This document shows positions 9,446 through 19,280 of a DNA stretch of 64,000 nt, piece by piece (positions within the stretch are counted from its first letter, which is position 1; each line of letters starts with the position of its first letter). A program made the position numbers and the translations under genes. The stretch spans positions 5,312,001-5,376,000 of the forward strand of contig OY764216.1 in NCBI GenBank assembly GCA_963668315.1, written 5' to 3'. Source of the stretch: Spirochaetia bacterium. Its GTDB lineage: Bacteria > Spirochaetota > Spirochaetia > DSM-2461. The notes under the pieces are model-generated. The model saw nothing but the letters and a program-made list of their open reading frames with translations, ran no database searches and was not told the DNA's origin.

Positions 9446-10144
9446 ATGGAAATTACAAAAATCAGTGCATCCCTGTACGATGTATCAATGGGATTCGTCC
9501 ATGCCTATCTTATAGACAACGGCGGGGAGTGGGCCCTTGTGGATACAGGGATCGAAGGCAAGGGCAAAGAACTCCTTGAAACCATGGAGGAAGCGGGATT
9601 AAAAGGCTCCCTGGGGCATATCATCCTGACTCAGCTCCACGGAGACCATACGGGCAGCCTCAGGGAGCTTTACGATCTCACGGGCGCCGCGGTTTACGCC
9701 CACGAGGAGGAAGCGGATGCCATAGAACAAGGGCTGACCATGCGCGCCTGCGTTGCGGCTCCGGGCCTGCTTAAGGGATTAATGAACCGCTTCGTCATCC
9801 GCGGGGGCAAACCTACCTATCTGAAAGAGGGCACTCCTGTGAATGTGAAACTTAAGGGCGGAGAAACGCTTCCACTGGGGCCGGGTGTGGAAATCATCCA
9901 CACTCCGGGACATACGGCCGGGCACATCTGCCTTATCCTCAAAGAAGAGGGAGGAGTACTCATCGCCGGTGACGCCGCTTCGGGGGGGAAAGAGCCGGGA
10001 TACCCCATGCTCTTCGAAGACAGGGAAAAGGGAATGTCCACACTGCGTCAGATGGGTTTGCTTCTCTTCGATAAAGCCGTATTCGGCCATGGGAGCCCCA
10101 TTATGGAAAGGGCTTCGGAGAAATTCAGAAAAGCCTTTTCATGA
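9446..10144 (+). CDS. MBL-fold metallo-hydrolase
   Basis: LVDTG, TQLHGDHTG (first His of HxHxDH is Gln), TPGHTAGH, AGDA, FGHG. Confidence 0.88.
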   Translation: MEITKISASLYDVSMGFVHAYLIDNGGEWALVDTGIEGKGKELLETMEEAGLKGSLGHIILTQLHGDHTGSLRELYDLTGAAVYAHEEEADAIEQGLTMRACVAAPGLLKGLMNRFVIRGGKPTYLKEGTPVNVKLKGGETLPLGPGVEIIHTPGHTAGHICLILKEEGGVLIAGDAASGGKEPGYPMLFEDREKGMSTLRQMGLLLFDKAVFGHGSPIMERASEKFRKAFS

Positions 10145-10249
10145 CGAGAAATGATCCCATGGCTCTGACGATTGTAATCATGGATCAGGAAGAAGCAAAG
10201 AGCCGTCGATTATCTGAAATCTGAATCTGATCACTTCCGGGGGCCGTAC

Positions 10250-10365
10250 CATAGGGCTTTTCTTCTCCTCCTGTCCGGAGGAAAGGGTAAGCAGATTCTC
10301 CTTTACCTGAATATCCAGATCCTTTTCATCAAAGAATTGTTCCTTTTAGCTGTCATATAGTTCAT
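10250..10365 (-). pseudogene. Internally deleted small heat-shock protein (Hsp20) remnant
   Basis: GAGG SD + ATG (10365) MNYMTAKRNNSL joined out of frame to FDEKDLDIQVKENLLTLSSGQEEKKK, resembling the alpha-crystallin beta4-beta5 region. Confidence 0.6.
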
Positions 10366-10771
10366 ATTAACCTCTGAATCGGTCATAGCCGACTTATTTA
10401 TCTTTCACTAGGGATAATTCATATACCATGCCAAACATAAACAAGTTGATCCATTTAGTTTCATTGTAATGATTTATTTATCAATCAGGAGATTTTTACG
10501 GGAAAAAGCAATAGGGGAAGAACAATGAAGACCTGAAAACAGGGAAAAATGGGGTCAGAACTACCCGAAACATAATTCAACAGCCCCAGTAGGACATATA
10601 TGACCCACATGCGTCATTGTGATACATTATTATCAATTCAAAGATTACCCTACCGCCAAAAATACCTTTTCGAAATTCGTTCCCTGACGATGGGAATACG
10701 GTCTTTCAGACAATTTTAAATTACATTTATGAAAAAAACATCAAATATGTAGAAATTTTCCCAAAACGGTG

Positions 10772-10801
10772 TGGACAAGGAGGACATCTAAGAGGTAATA
10801 T
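10772..10801 (+). promoter_or_regulatory. Putative sigma70 promoter with no downstream ORF
   Basis: TGGACA-18 nt-TAATAT. Confidence 0.45.
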
Positions 10802-10807
10802 TCCTCT

Positions 10808-11030
10808 ACTGCCACGGCAGAACAGATCAGAGTCGCTGGACGGATTTTTTTTTGGAAATGATATAACTGAAAGAATCATTTACCGGATTCAATAGATTCC
10901 GGGTAAAATCATGCCTTTGTCCAAGGCGACATTATCTGCCGGGTAATTTTATTACGGCTATAATTTCATAGTACTTTCTTCATATTTTTCCCCGTGCCCA
11001 CAGATTGTTAATCAGCGGGCACGGGCCTTT
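10808..11030 (+). ncRNA. Candidate structured non-coding RNA
   Basis: Nested helices CGGCAGA/TCTGCCG, GTCGC-TGGAC/GTCCA-AG-GCGAC, TTTACCGGA/TCCGGGTAAA, plus a terminal hairpin; strand not certain. Confidence 0.45.
10991..11025. terminator. Strong hairpin between the candidate RNA and the convergent cheX
   Basis: CCCGTGCCC...GGGCACGGG inverted repeat. Confidence 0.6.
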
Positions 11031-11065
11031 ATTCCCCGGAAGACAGAGTCGTATGACCCCTTTTC

Positions 11066-11566
11066 CTACAATCCCACTTCATCAAGAATGGACTTCAGGT
11101 AATTATCCTTCAGGCTGACATCCACTTCAAAAAAACCCAAGGTCGTATGGAAGGGAATAGCCAGAATAGGATTATTCTGAGGCCAGGAAATGGAATGATT
11201 CAGCCCCTGAACGACGAAGGGAACGGTTATATCCAGACTATATTCGCGGATCTTGCTCAAAGAGTTACCGGCGATAACATTGGTCATTTCCCCCACCATA
11301 CTGCTGATTATCTCCATCTTTTCCTCTCTCCCGTCAGGGGAAAGGCCGGAGTGGGCCAGCAGACCATCAACAAGATGGCTCGTTAGCCTCAGGGATACCA
11401 CTCCTTCGGCGGCCCCGGTCACACCGATGACTCCTGAAATATCCCAGCGGTGAGTATGCAGCCGGGCGATCAGGCTGGCCTTCCCGACAGAGGGTTTCTG
11501 ACCAAGCATGTTATCAAAGAGATCGATAGTGGAATCCAGAAAAGGATTAATATAGACAGCCTTCAT
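11066..11566 (-). CDS. cheX: Chemotaxis phosphatase CheX
   Basis: YINPFLDS, DISGVIGVTG, GEMTNVIAGN (ExxN), DITVP motifs. Confidence 0.92.
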   Translation of the reverse strand: MKAVYINPFLDSTIDLFDNMLGQKPSVGKASLIARLHTHRWDISGVIGVTGAAEGVVSLRLTSHLVDGLLAHSGLSPDGREEKMEIISSMVGEMTNVIAGNSLSKIREYSLDITVPFVVQGLNHSISWPQNNPILAIPFHTTLGFFEVDVSLKDNYLKSILDEVGL

Positions 11567-11661
11567 TATCCTATCTCCCGTGAATATTTTTTTTATATTA
11601 CGTGATAATGAGAAAAATTACGATTGTTTTTTATTTTTTTTAACTTACGGTGTTCCGAGGC

Positions 11662-13017
11662 TCAGCCGTTCGGTCCAGGATGTTGCCGAACGGGAAAGGA
11701 AAGGGTAAAAAGAGAGCCCTTCCCCTGTCTGCTCTCTACGCCGATCCTGCCCCCGTGAAGCTCGGTAATCTGCCGGACAATAGCCAGCCCCAGTCCCCGG
11801 CCTTCCCCCGTCCGGGAAATATCGGCCCGGTAGAACCGGTCAAAAATATAGGGAAGATCCTTTTCAGCGATACCGGAGCCCTCATCTCCCACCGTCAGAA
11901 GAATCCGATCATCCTCCAGACCGCAGGAGACGAAGACAGTCCCCCCCTCTGGAGAGTACTTAAGACTGTTATCCAGAAGATTTCCCAGGGCCTGCCCCAG
12001 CCGGCCGGGGTCGACGGACCACGTAAATCCCCCGGGAAGAGCGATGCGGGTTTCCAGGCGTATATGCCGGATCCTTCCCTTGAGGTTCCAGCGGTCCACC
12101 TCATCCCTGACCAGAGCGGCCAGATCCGTCTCTTCCCTGTTCAGCCTGAAGGCTCCCGAATCGGTTTCGGCAAGCCAGTCCAGATCGGAAGCAAGATTCT
12201 TCAGCCTGTCCACTTCGGCAATGATCCTCCCCGCCCCTATCTCGCCGGAGACCAGATGATCGACGATTCCCCGGGCTTCCAGCCTGATACGGTTAAGGGG
12301 GGTCCCCAGGTCATGGGAAACATCTCCCACAAGGCGTTTCCGCAGCTCTTTCTGAACATCCAGGGCCTGCACCATTTCATCGAACGCCCGTCCCATTCTT
12401 GCCAGTTCGTCATCGCCCTTCCAGGTGAGTTTTTCCAGCCGGCTGCCCCGGGCAATCCGCTCCATCCCCTCGGTCATCGCACAGACGGGACGGGTGAGCC
12501 GGCCCGTGAACAGCCAGGCCAGCGCGGAAACGGCCGAGAGTAAGAGGAGCCCCCATATCAGCCTTTGCCTGAGCGAGCCTATCAGATAACTCAGCGTTTC
12601 CCCGGTCAGATATGATTTCCCTATGTAGGCGGTAACCGATCCCACCGTTTCTCCTTCCCGGTCAAGAATCAGACTGCGGCTACCACGGACCAGGGGCTCT
12701 TCATCCCAGCGGGACAGGCGGGAGAAGCTGTTATAGAGAGTGCGACCCTCCCAATCTCTGACAACCACGCGGATTAAAAGTCCCGATTCCGATTCATCGC
12801 TGTTCAGCCAGTCCAGCTCTTCCTCAAGGCCCGTCCAGTCTCCCCGGCGGAGATAGAAGTTTTCCAGCCTGCTGGTTATGAACTCGGTTCTCACCCGGGT
12901 CAGGACACGGGGGATTTCCCGGTAGGAAGAGTAATAATCAATAGCCGTATGGGATAGAATCGTCAGGAATATAATAAAGAAAAAAGTGGTCAGATGGCGG
13001 ATGAAAAGACTCTTCAA
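11662..13017 (-). CDS. HAMP-HisKA sensor histidine kinase (BaeS-like)
   Basis: Two TM segments, HAMP (DELARM), SHDLGTPL H-box, NLLDNSLKY, DEGSGI, GLGLAI. Confidence 0.93.
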   Translation of the reverse strand: MKSLFIRHLTTFFFIIFLTILSHTAIDYYSSYREIPRVLTRVRTEFITSRLENFYLRRGDWTGLEEELDWLNSDESESGLLIRVVVRDWEGRTLYNSFSRLSRWDEEPLVRGSRSLILDREGETVGSVTAYIGKSYLTGETLSYLIGSLRQRLIWGLLLLSAVSALAWLFTGRLTRPVCAMTEGMERIARGSRLEKLTWKGDDELARMGRAFDEMVQALDVQKELRKRLVGDVSHDLGTPLNRIRLEARGIVDHLVSGEIGAGRIIAEVDRLKNLASDLDWLAETDSGAFRLNREETDLAALVRDEVDRWNLKGRIRHIRLETRIALPGGFTWSVDPGRLGQALGNLLDNSLKYSPEGGTVFVSCGLEDDRILLTVGDEGSGIAEKDLPYIFDRFYRADISRTGEGRGLGLAIVRQITELHGGRIGVESRQGKGSLFTLSFPVRQHPGPNG

Positions 13018-13691
13018 TCATCCCTCCATGCCAGCCGGTAACCTTCGCCGTATACGGTTTCTATGGGTTTGAACCCGTCGCGGTGGATAAGATGGCGCAG
13101 GCGCTGTATTTGTGTATCCACGGCTCTGTCATAGCCGTCGAACTCCCTGCGGTAGGCCATATCGATCAGCTGCTGCCTTGATAAAATGCAGTTGGCATGC
13201 CCCATCAGGGCCGCCATGATTTCCCTCTGGATAGTACTGAGCCGGACAGTTTCACCAAAAAGGGTAAAAAGTCCCTCTTTCTGGTCCAGAATCATAGGTC
13301 CGCAGGAGAGCCTTTCCATGATGCTTCCCGAAGTTCTCCTCAGCACGGCTTTTATCCGCAGAACCAGTTCATCCGGATCAAAGGGTTTGGTTATGTAATC
13401 ATCAGCACCACCGGAAAGCCCCTGCAGCCTGTCGCTCCTGGCGCTCCGGGCGGTCAGCATAATAATGGGAATCTCCGATTCGCGGCGGAATTCGCCGCAT
13501 ATCTCGTTGCCGTCCCCATCGGGAAGCATCAGATCCAGGAGGATCAGATCATAGGTATGCTCCCGGAATAAGGCCCTTGCTTCACGGGCGGAAAGGGCTA
13601 GTTCCGCGGAAAAGCCGGCCCGCTCCAGGTATATCCTGATCCAATCGGCCGTCTGCCGGTCATCTTCGACAACAAGGATATTCCGACTCAC
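13014..13691 (-). CDS. OmpR-family response regulator
   Basis: VVEDD, LDLMLPDG, GADDYITKPF, ETVYGEGY winged helix. Confidence 0.95.
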   Translation of the reverse strand: MSRNILVVEDDRQTADWIRIYLERAGFSAELALSAREARALFREHTYDLILLDLMLPDGDGNEICGEFRRESEIPIIMLTARSARSDRLQGLSGGADDYITKPFDPDELVLRIKAVLRRTSGSIMERLSCGPMILDQKEGLFTLFGETVRLSTIQREIMAALMGHANCILSRQQLIDMAYRREFDGYDRAVDTQIQRLRHLIHRDGFKPIETVYGEGYRLAWRDD

Positions 13692-14164
13692 GGCCCGTTC
13701 TTTCCTTTACCCGCATCCGCCCCGTTCGAACCGGAGGTTCCCCCGGATGAATTATGGTTTCCCCGATCGGCCTCATTCCTGTCTCCCCTGCTTTCCCGCT
13801 CTCCGGCCTTCGCAGAGTTGACAGGAGGAGACAGGGATGCCATTCTCGTCCGGAAAAGCTGAAGGGCATCACCGGGTGAGATTCTCCCTTCCGATACATT
13901 ATCTATGAGTGAATCCAGCATACCGTCGAAATCGGTATAACCGGTTCGGAAGGCCGAGCGGACTTCGGCAAGACGGGCTTTTCCCTCCTCTCCGCTCAAT
14001 GTACCCGATTCCATCTGTGCGATAATGTTTTCAAAAGCAAGGGATATCGTTTCCCGGTAATTCGTCTCATCCCTGCCCCGGGCCTCGAGAGAGAGGGACA
14101 GAAAAAGCGTCAGAATGAGGAACAGGCATAAACGGAACAGGGAAAATCTCCTTATCTTTTCCAT
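13688..14164 (-). CDS. Secreted hypothetical protein with two SHOCT-like helical repeats and a Gly/Asn/Ser tail
   Basis: Signal peptide (LEA|RG); IIAQMESGTLSGEEG and LIDNVSEGRISPGDA repeats; overlaps the response regulator start. Confidence 0.7.
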   Translation of the reverse strand: MEKIRRFSLFRLCLFLILTLFLSLSLEARGRDETNYRETISLAFENIIAQMESGTLSGEEGKARLAEVRSAFRTGYTDFDGMLDSLIDNVSEGRISPGDALQLFRTRMASLSPPVNSAKAGERESRGDRNEADRGNHNSSGGTSGSNGADAGKGKNGP

Positions 14165-14192
14165 AGGAAACCTCTTTTTTAAATTTAGGCCA

Positions 14193-14221
14193 AAATACTC
14201 CGCCTGTAAAGCGGAGTATTT
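14193..14221 (-). terminator. Hairpin between the two secreted-protein genes
   Basis: AAATACTCCGC-CTGTAAA-GCGGAGTATTT inverted repeat with T-run on the minus strand. Confidence 0.7.
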
Positions 14222-14239
14222 CGTTTTGTGATGGCGCGA

Positions 14240-14827
14240 TTATTTTCCGTTCCCGCTGTCAGAGCCGGGGCCGTCCTGAGTTTGATCCTTATCCTGATTC
14301 TGTGTCTGATCCTGATCCTGGTCGGGATCGCAGTCCTGGTCCTTGTCCTGCTGCTGTGTCTGGTCCTGGTCGGGTTCGCAGTCCTGGTCTCTGTCCTGCT
14401 GCTGAGTCTGATCCTGATCGGGCTCGCAGTCCTGGTCTCTGTCCTGCTGCTGTGTCTGATCCTTTGTCTGAAGTTTATCCTGTGTCTCATCGGGATCCCG
14501 ATCACGCAGTCTGTCCTGAGTTTTAAGCTGATCTGCCAGGCTTTCCGTTCCTTCCTTCGGCGTCATCTGCCTGCTTCCTACTGCTTCCAGGGTATCTTCC
14601 ATCCCTATCCTCAGCTCTTCCCGGATGGTAAAACGATTCTGCATCATTTTCAGCTCTTCCCGGGCTTCTTCAAGGGTAATCTCCCCCTGATCCAGTTTTT
14701 CCAGAAGACCGGAGAAATTTTCCTCCAGGACAACAGCCTGGCCATTTCCCGCTTCCATGTTACCTCTGGCGGACAAAATAAACGGAACAATAAGTACCAG
14801 TAAAACTAAGGTAATTTTCTTAGACAT
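14240..14827 (-). CDS. Secreted protein with SHOCT-like repeats and a D/Q-rich Cys-containing tandem repeat
   Basis: Signal peptide (LSA|RG), GAAGGAG SD; (DQTQQQDRDQDCEPDQ)x3. Confidence 0.8.
   Translation of the reverse strand: MSKKITLVLLVLIVPFILSARGNMEAGNGQAVVLEENFSGLLEKLDQGEITLEEAREELKMMQNRFTIREELRIGMEDTLEAVGSRQMTPKEGTESLADQLKTQDRLRDRDPDETQDKLQTKDQTQQQDRDQDCEPDQDQTQQQDRDQDCEPDQDQTQQQDKDQDCDPDQDQDQTQNQDKDQTQDGPGSDSGNGK
14310..14462. repeat. 48-bp coding tandem repeat, about 3 copies
   Basis: TCCTGCTGCTG anchors at 14346, 14394 and 14442 (period 48). Confidence 0.9.
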
Positions 14828-14858
14828 ATTCTTCTCCTTCAGGTATAAACCTTACTCA

Positions 14859-14891
14859 AGGATAGAAGAAGAATACGTCACAATTTCGTCA
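14859..14891 (-). promoter_or_regulatory. Putative OmpR-family direct-repeat box plus -10 element
   Basis: CGTCA at 14876 and 14887 (period 11), 11 nt from minus-strand TATCCT. Confidence 0.5.
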
Positions 14892-14899
14892 TCTGAAAA

Positions 14900-15256
14900 C
14901 TATTCCACATTCAGAACGTCTTTCATGGCAGAAAGAAAGGTGTCTTTGGGAAGAGCTCCCTGGGCCATCTGGGGCTGCCCTTCCTTGGGGATGAACAGTA
15001 TGGAAGGAATACTGGCGATTCCGAAGGCGCCGGCCAGTTCCTGTTCCTGCTCCGTATTTATCTTGTAGACATTCATTTTTCCCTCAAACTCTTCGGATAG
15101 TTCCTCCATTATGGGTGAAACCATTTTGCAGGGACCGCACCAATCGGCATAAAAGTCAATAATTGCGGGAAGCTCTCCCTTGAACTTCCACTCCTTTTCA
15201 TGTTCAAAGTCAAAAACCTTCTCTATGAAATCCTGTTTCGTCAAATGTTCAGCCAT
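14900..15256 (-). CDS. trxA: Thioredoxin
   Basis: DFYADWCGPCK active site; GAGGAGG SD before ATG 15256. Confidence 0.96.
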   Translation of the reverse strand: MAEHLTKQDFIEKVFDFEHEKEWKFKGELPAIIDFYADWCGPCKMVSPIMEELSEEFEGKMNVYKINTEQEQELAGAFGIASIPSILFIPKEGQPQMAQGALPKDTFLSAMKDVLNVE

Positions 15257-15346
15257 CTTATTCCTCCTCAAAAAATCAGCGCCGGACCATACCAACCGAA
15301 TCCGGTTTTTTCTCTGATCTTTATGATCTCTATATATTATATTTTT

Positions 15347-15375
15347 AATATATATATTATCCAGAATAATGTCAA
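15347..15375 (-). promoter_or_regulatory. Sigma70 promoter of trxA
   Basis: TTGACA-17 nt-TATATT on the minus strand. Confidence 0.7.
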
Positions 15376-15497
15376 ATGTTTTTTCCTTTTTTTCATTTTC
15401 TTTGTCAGATGCCTTTTCATTGTATTATATTTAAACAATGCTTGATTCGTATCCGGGTCTCTCTTGAAAGATACTGATTCCCGGTGATAAAGGAGAA

Positions 15498-17264
15498 ATG
15501 ATGGAAAATACACTTCCCCTCTGGGAATTGCCTATGTATAACGGTTTCACTGAAGGCCCTTTTCAGAAGGACCGGAAGGAGCTGATAAATATTACCTGCG
15601 AACTGAAAGAAATAACGGAAAAGGACTCCCTCTGGCTGGACTCCCCCCTGTCGGCCCTTGAACAAACGATTCCCCTGATCAACCGGGCCTGGAGCCTTTA
15701 TGAGAATCTTGAATCCTATGCCTACTGCCGCTACTCCGTTCAGACCGATGACAGCGGGATCCTGTCCTGGCTGAATAAGCTGGAAGAGGATGTCATGCCT
15801 CTTAAACAGGCGATGGTGCTTTTCAACAACAGACTGGCCACCTCGGGGACGGGCGGGGAGGAGTGGAGCAGTTCCCCCCTCCTCAAGGATTATCTGTTTT
15901 TTCTGAATGAATCCCTCGAGGACCAGAAGCATCAGATGCCCCCCGAGCAGGAAGACCTGGCCTCCGACCTGTCGCGATCGGGAGGATCGGCCTGGGACCG
16001 GCTCCAGCAGACCCTCTCCTCTTCCCTTAAAACCGAGTGGGAACCGGGGGATTGGAAAACGGTTACCGAGCTGCGCCTGATGGCTTCCGATCCGGACAGA
16101 AGCGTAAGAAAGAAAGCCTGGGAAAAGGAACTGGCCTGCTGGAAATCGGCGGAGATAGCCTTTGCCGCCTCCCTGAACGGGGTAAAGGGATTCGCCCATA
16201 CCTTGAACAGCCGGAGGGGATACGATTCCACCCTTCAGCGGTCGATACGCCAGGCCCGCATGTCCCCGGAAACCCTGGACGCCATGATAGAGGCCATGAA
16301 GGAGAGCCTCCCGGACTTCCGCCGTTATCTGAAAGCCAAGGCGGAGAAAATGGGGCTGACATCCCTCTCCTGGTATGATATTACCGCGCCCCTGGGAAGT
16401 TCGGCGAAGTCCTGGACATGGGGGGAGACGAAGGAGTTCATCGTGGAAAACTTTGCATCCCTCTCCCCCGCTTATGCCGCTTTCGGCCGGAAGGCCTTTG
16501 AAGAGAACTGGATCGATGCAAAACCCCGGGAAGGGAAAGTAGGCGGCGCCTACTGCATCGGCTTTCCCCTGCAGAAAGAGAGCCGGGTCATGACCAATTT
16601 TTCCGGAGCCTTTACCGACGTGTCCACCGTGGCCCATGAGCTGGGACATGCCTGGCACGGAGATGTCCTGAAGGATGCCCCCGCCCTGCACCGGGATTAC
16701 CCCATGACCCTGGCGGAGACGGCTTCCATTTTCTCGGAGATACTGGTTTTCCAGGCCTACTACGGCCGGGCCGAAGAGAAGGAAAAGGAGGCTCTGCTGG
16801 AGTCTTCCCTGGCCGATTCGAATCAGGTGATCACCGATATACTCTCCCGTTTCCTCTTTGAAAAGGAGCTGATGGAGAGACGGGCCGAAGGGGAACTGAG
16901 CCCGGAGGATCTGAAGGATATGATGCTCAGGGCGCAGGAAGCCACCTACGGCGACGGCCTGAACAAGGATGAGAGACACCCCTGGATGTGGGCTGTGAAG
17001 GGTCACTATTACAGCCAGGATCTGGGTTTCTATAATTTCCCCTATGCCTTCGGACTTCTGTTCGGCTGGGGGCTTTACAGCCTGTACGAGGAGAAGGGAG
17101 CCGCTTTCGAGCCCCTTTACCGTCAGGTTCTTGAAATGACCGGCAAGGCAACGGCGGAAGAGTGCGCCGCCCGGGCCGGGATCGATATCCGTGACAAGGC
17201 GTTCTGGCGCCGCAGTCTCGGAATGATTAAACGGCAGATAGATGAGTTCTGCCGCACCGCATAG
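15498..17264 (+). CDS. pepF: M3B oligoendopeptidase F
   Basis: [19 protein letters not shown] (HExxH), [19 protein letters not shown]. Confidence 0.93.
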   Translation: MMENTLPLWELPMYNGFTEGPFQKDRKELINITCELKEITEKDSLWLDSPLSALEQTIPLINRAWSLYENLESYAYCRYSVQTDDSGILSWLNKLEEDVMPLKQAMVLFNNRLATSGTGGEEWSSSPLLKDYLFFLNESLEDQKHQMPPEQEDLASDLSRSGGSAWDRLQQTLSSSLKTEWEPGDWKTVTELRLMASDPDRSVRKKAWEKELACWKSAEIAFAASLNGVKGFAHTLNSRRGYDSTLQRSIRQARMSPETLDAMIEAMKESLPDFRRYLKAKAEKMGLTSLSWYDITAPLGSSAKSWTWGETKEFIVENFASLSPAYAAFGRKAFEENWIDAKPREGKVGGAYCIGFPLQKESRVMTNFSGAFTDVSTVAHELGHAWHGDVLKDAPALHRDYPMTLAETASIFSEILVFQAYYGRAEEKEKEALLESSLADSNQVITDILSRFLFEKELMERRAEGELSPEDLKDMMLRAQEATYGDGLNKDERHPWMWAVKGHYYSQDLGFYNFPYAFGLLFGWGLYSLYEEKGAAFEPLYRQVLEMTGKATAEECAARAGIDIRDKAFWRRSLGMIKRQIDEFCRTA

Positions 17265-17272
17265 GAGTATTT

Positions 17273-18676
17273 ATGTCGGAAAATTTATTAAACAAAGTCT
17301 GGAAGAAACATAAAGTCAAAACCCTGCCCACCGGTCAGGATCAGCTTTTCATCGCCCTTCACCTCATCCATGAAGTCACGTCGCCCCAGGCTTTCGGAAT
17401 GATCAAAGAGAAGGGTCTTTCCGTTCTCTATCCGGAACGGACCTTCGGAACGGTGGACCATATTATCCCCACCGACGACAGGAGCCGGCCCTTCAGGGAC
17501 GAACTGGCCGAACAGATGATCCAGGCCATAGAGAGGAATACGAAGGAGAACGGGATTGTCTTCTTCGGCCCGGAAAGCGAAAACCAGGGCATCGTCCACA
17601 TCATGGGACCGGAGATGGGACTGACCCAGCCGGGCATGACCATTGCCTGCGGCGACTCCCACACCTCCACCCACGGAGCCTTCGGGGCGGTGGCCTTCGG
17701 AATCGGCACAAGCCAGATCCGTGATATCCTGGCCACCCAGACCATGGCCCTCTCCAAACCCAAAGTCCGGCGCATCAATGTAACGGGCAGACTGGGAAAG
17801 GGCGTGACCGCCAAGGATGTGATCCTCAGGATTATCGCCGAACTGGGAGTGAACGGCGGCATCGGCTATGCCTACGAATACGGCGGGGACGTCATAGACG
17901 CCATGACCATGGAAGAGCGCATGACTATCTGCAATATGTCGATTGAAGGGGGCGCCCGGGTCGGTTACGTAAATCCCGACGAGACCACCTTCGCCTATCT
18001 GAAGGGACGGCCCTACGCTCCTGCCGACTTTGACCGGGCCGTGGAGGAGTGGAAAGCCTATGCTTCCGGCGAGGATGCGGAGTATGACGACATTTATACC
18101 ATCCGGGGCGAGGATATCGAGCCCATGATAACCTGGGGAATCAATCCGGGGCAGGGAATCGGCATAAGCTCTCCCATTCCCCGGCCGGAGGATCTGCCCG
18201 AGGATCAGCGTAAAACGGCGGAGCAGGCCTTCGAGTTCATGGATTTCCAGCCGGGAGACTCCATGGCGGGGAAGAAAATCGACGTGGCCTTTATCGGCTC
18301 CTGTACGAACGGCAGACTGAGCGACCTGCGCGAAGCGGCCCGGGTGGTGAAGGGCAGAAAAACCGATCCCTCTGTCCGGGCGATCGTGGTACCCGGCTCG
18401 CGCAGCGTCTCCGACGATGCCATGGCCGAAGGACTGGATAAGATTTTTACCGAAGCCGGCTTCGAATGGCGGGAACCGGGCTGTTCCATGTGCCTGGCCA
18501 TGAATCCGGACAAACTCAGGGGACGGGAGCTGAGCGCCTCCTCGTCCAACAGGAATTTCATAGGAAGACAGGGCTGTCCCACCGGCCGGACCCTGCTCAT
18601 GAGCCCCGCCATGGTGGCCGCCGCGGCGATCAGGGGCCACATCTGCGATATCCGCACATTCGACGGAGAGAATTAA
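17273..18676 (+). CDS. leuC: 3-isopropylmalate dehydratase large subunit
   Basis: [46 protein letters not shown]. Confidence 0.97.
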   Translation: MSENLLNKVWKKHKVKTLPTGQDQLFIALHLIHEVTSPQAFGMIKEKGLSVLYPERTFGTVDHIIPTDDRSRPFRDELAEQMIQAIERNTKENGIVFFGPESENQGIVHIMGPEMGLTQPGMTIACGDSHTSTHGAFGAVAFGIGTSQIRDILATQTMALSKPKVRRINVTGRLGKGVTAKDVILRIIAELGVNGGIGYAYEYGGDVIDAMTMEERMTICNMSIEGGARVGYVNPDETTFAYLKGRPYAPADFDRAVEEWKAYASGEDAEYDDIYTIRGEDIEPMITWGINPGQGIGISSPIPRPEDLPEDQRKTAEQAFEFMDFQPGDSMAGKKIDVAFIGSCTNGRLSDLREAARVVKGRKTDPSVRAIVVPGSRSVSDDAMAEGLDKIFTEAGFEWREPGCSMCLAMNPDKLRGRELSASSSNRNFIGRQGCPTGRTLLMSPAMVAAAAIRGHICDIRTFDGEN

Positions 18677-18677
18677 T

Positions 18678-19280
18678 ATGAAGGAAATAAAGAAAGTAAC
18701 AGGACAGGCCGTCCCCGTACGGGGCGATGATATCGATACGGACAGGATTATCCCCGCCCGCTTCATGAAATGCCTCACCTTTGACGGTCTGGGAGAGTAC
18801 GCCTTTTACGACGTGCGCTTTACCCCGGAGGGGGATAAGAAGGACCATCCCCTGAACGACAAAGCCTTCGAAGGCCACAATATCCTTATATCAAATAGAA
18901 ATTTCGGCTGCGGTTCCAGCCGGGAACATGCTCCCTGGGCTCTTTACGGCATCGGCATAAGAGCCATCATCGCCGAATCCTATGCAGAGATTTTCGCGGG
19001 GAACTGCAGCAGCCTTGGGGTGGCGGCGGTCATCCTGTCCCACGAAGACTGCGCCTCCCTTCTGGACGCGGTGGAAAGGGAGCCGTCCCTTCCCGTTACG
19101 GTAGACCTGGAGGGAAAAACCGTAAGGGCGGGAGAGAAGCGGTACGATCTGACTATGCCCGAAACCTACCGCAAGGGACTTCTTTCGGGCCAGTGGGATA
19201 CGACCTCCCTGCTCCTTGACTCCCTGGAGGAGATCAGGGAACGGCACGGGGTCCTTCCCCGCTTTTCCCGAACCGTCTAA
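18678..19280 (+). CDS. leuD: 3-isopropylmalate dehydratase small subunit
   Basis: DIDTDRIIPARF, NFGCGSSREHAPWAL. Confidence 0.97.
   Translation: MKEIKKVTGQAVPVRGDDIDTDRIIPARFMKCLTFDGLGEYAFYDVRFTPEGDKKDHPLNDKAFEGHNILISNRNFGCGSSREHAPWALYGIGIRAIIAESYAEIFAGNCSSLGVAAVILSHEDCASLLDAVEREPSLPVTVDLEGKTVRAGEKRYDLTMPETYRKGLLSGQWDTTSLLLDSLEEIRERHGVLPRFSRTV

Noticed and set aside
10141..10224. 27-aa ORF coupled by ATGA to the MBL gene
   Set aside because: Too short, no motif, could be chance
10365..10480. CIRCE element upstream of the hsp20 remnant
   Set aside because: TTAGCACTC-N9-GAGTGCTAA not found
14310..14462. Possible CRISPR array
   Set aside because: Contiguous in-frame 48-bp units without unique spacers; no cas genes in the window
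14228..14803. Very hydrophobic plus-strand ORF (LILILILCL...)
   Set aside because: Antisense reading of the D/Q repeat gene, which has the SD and signal peptide
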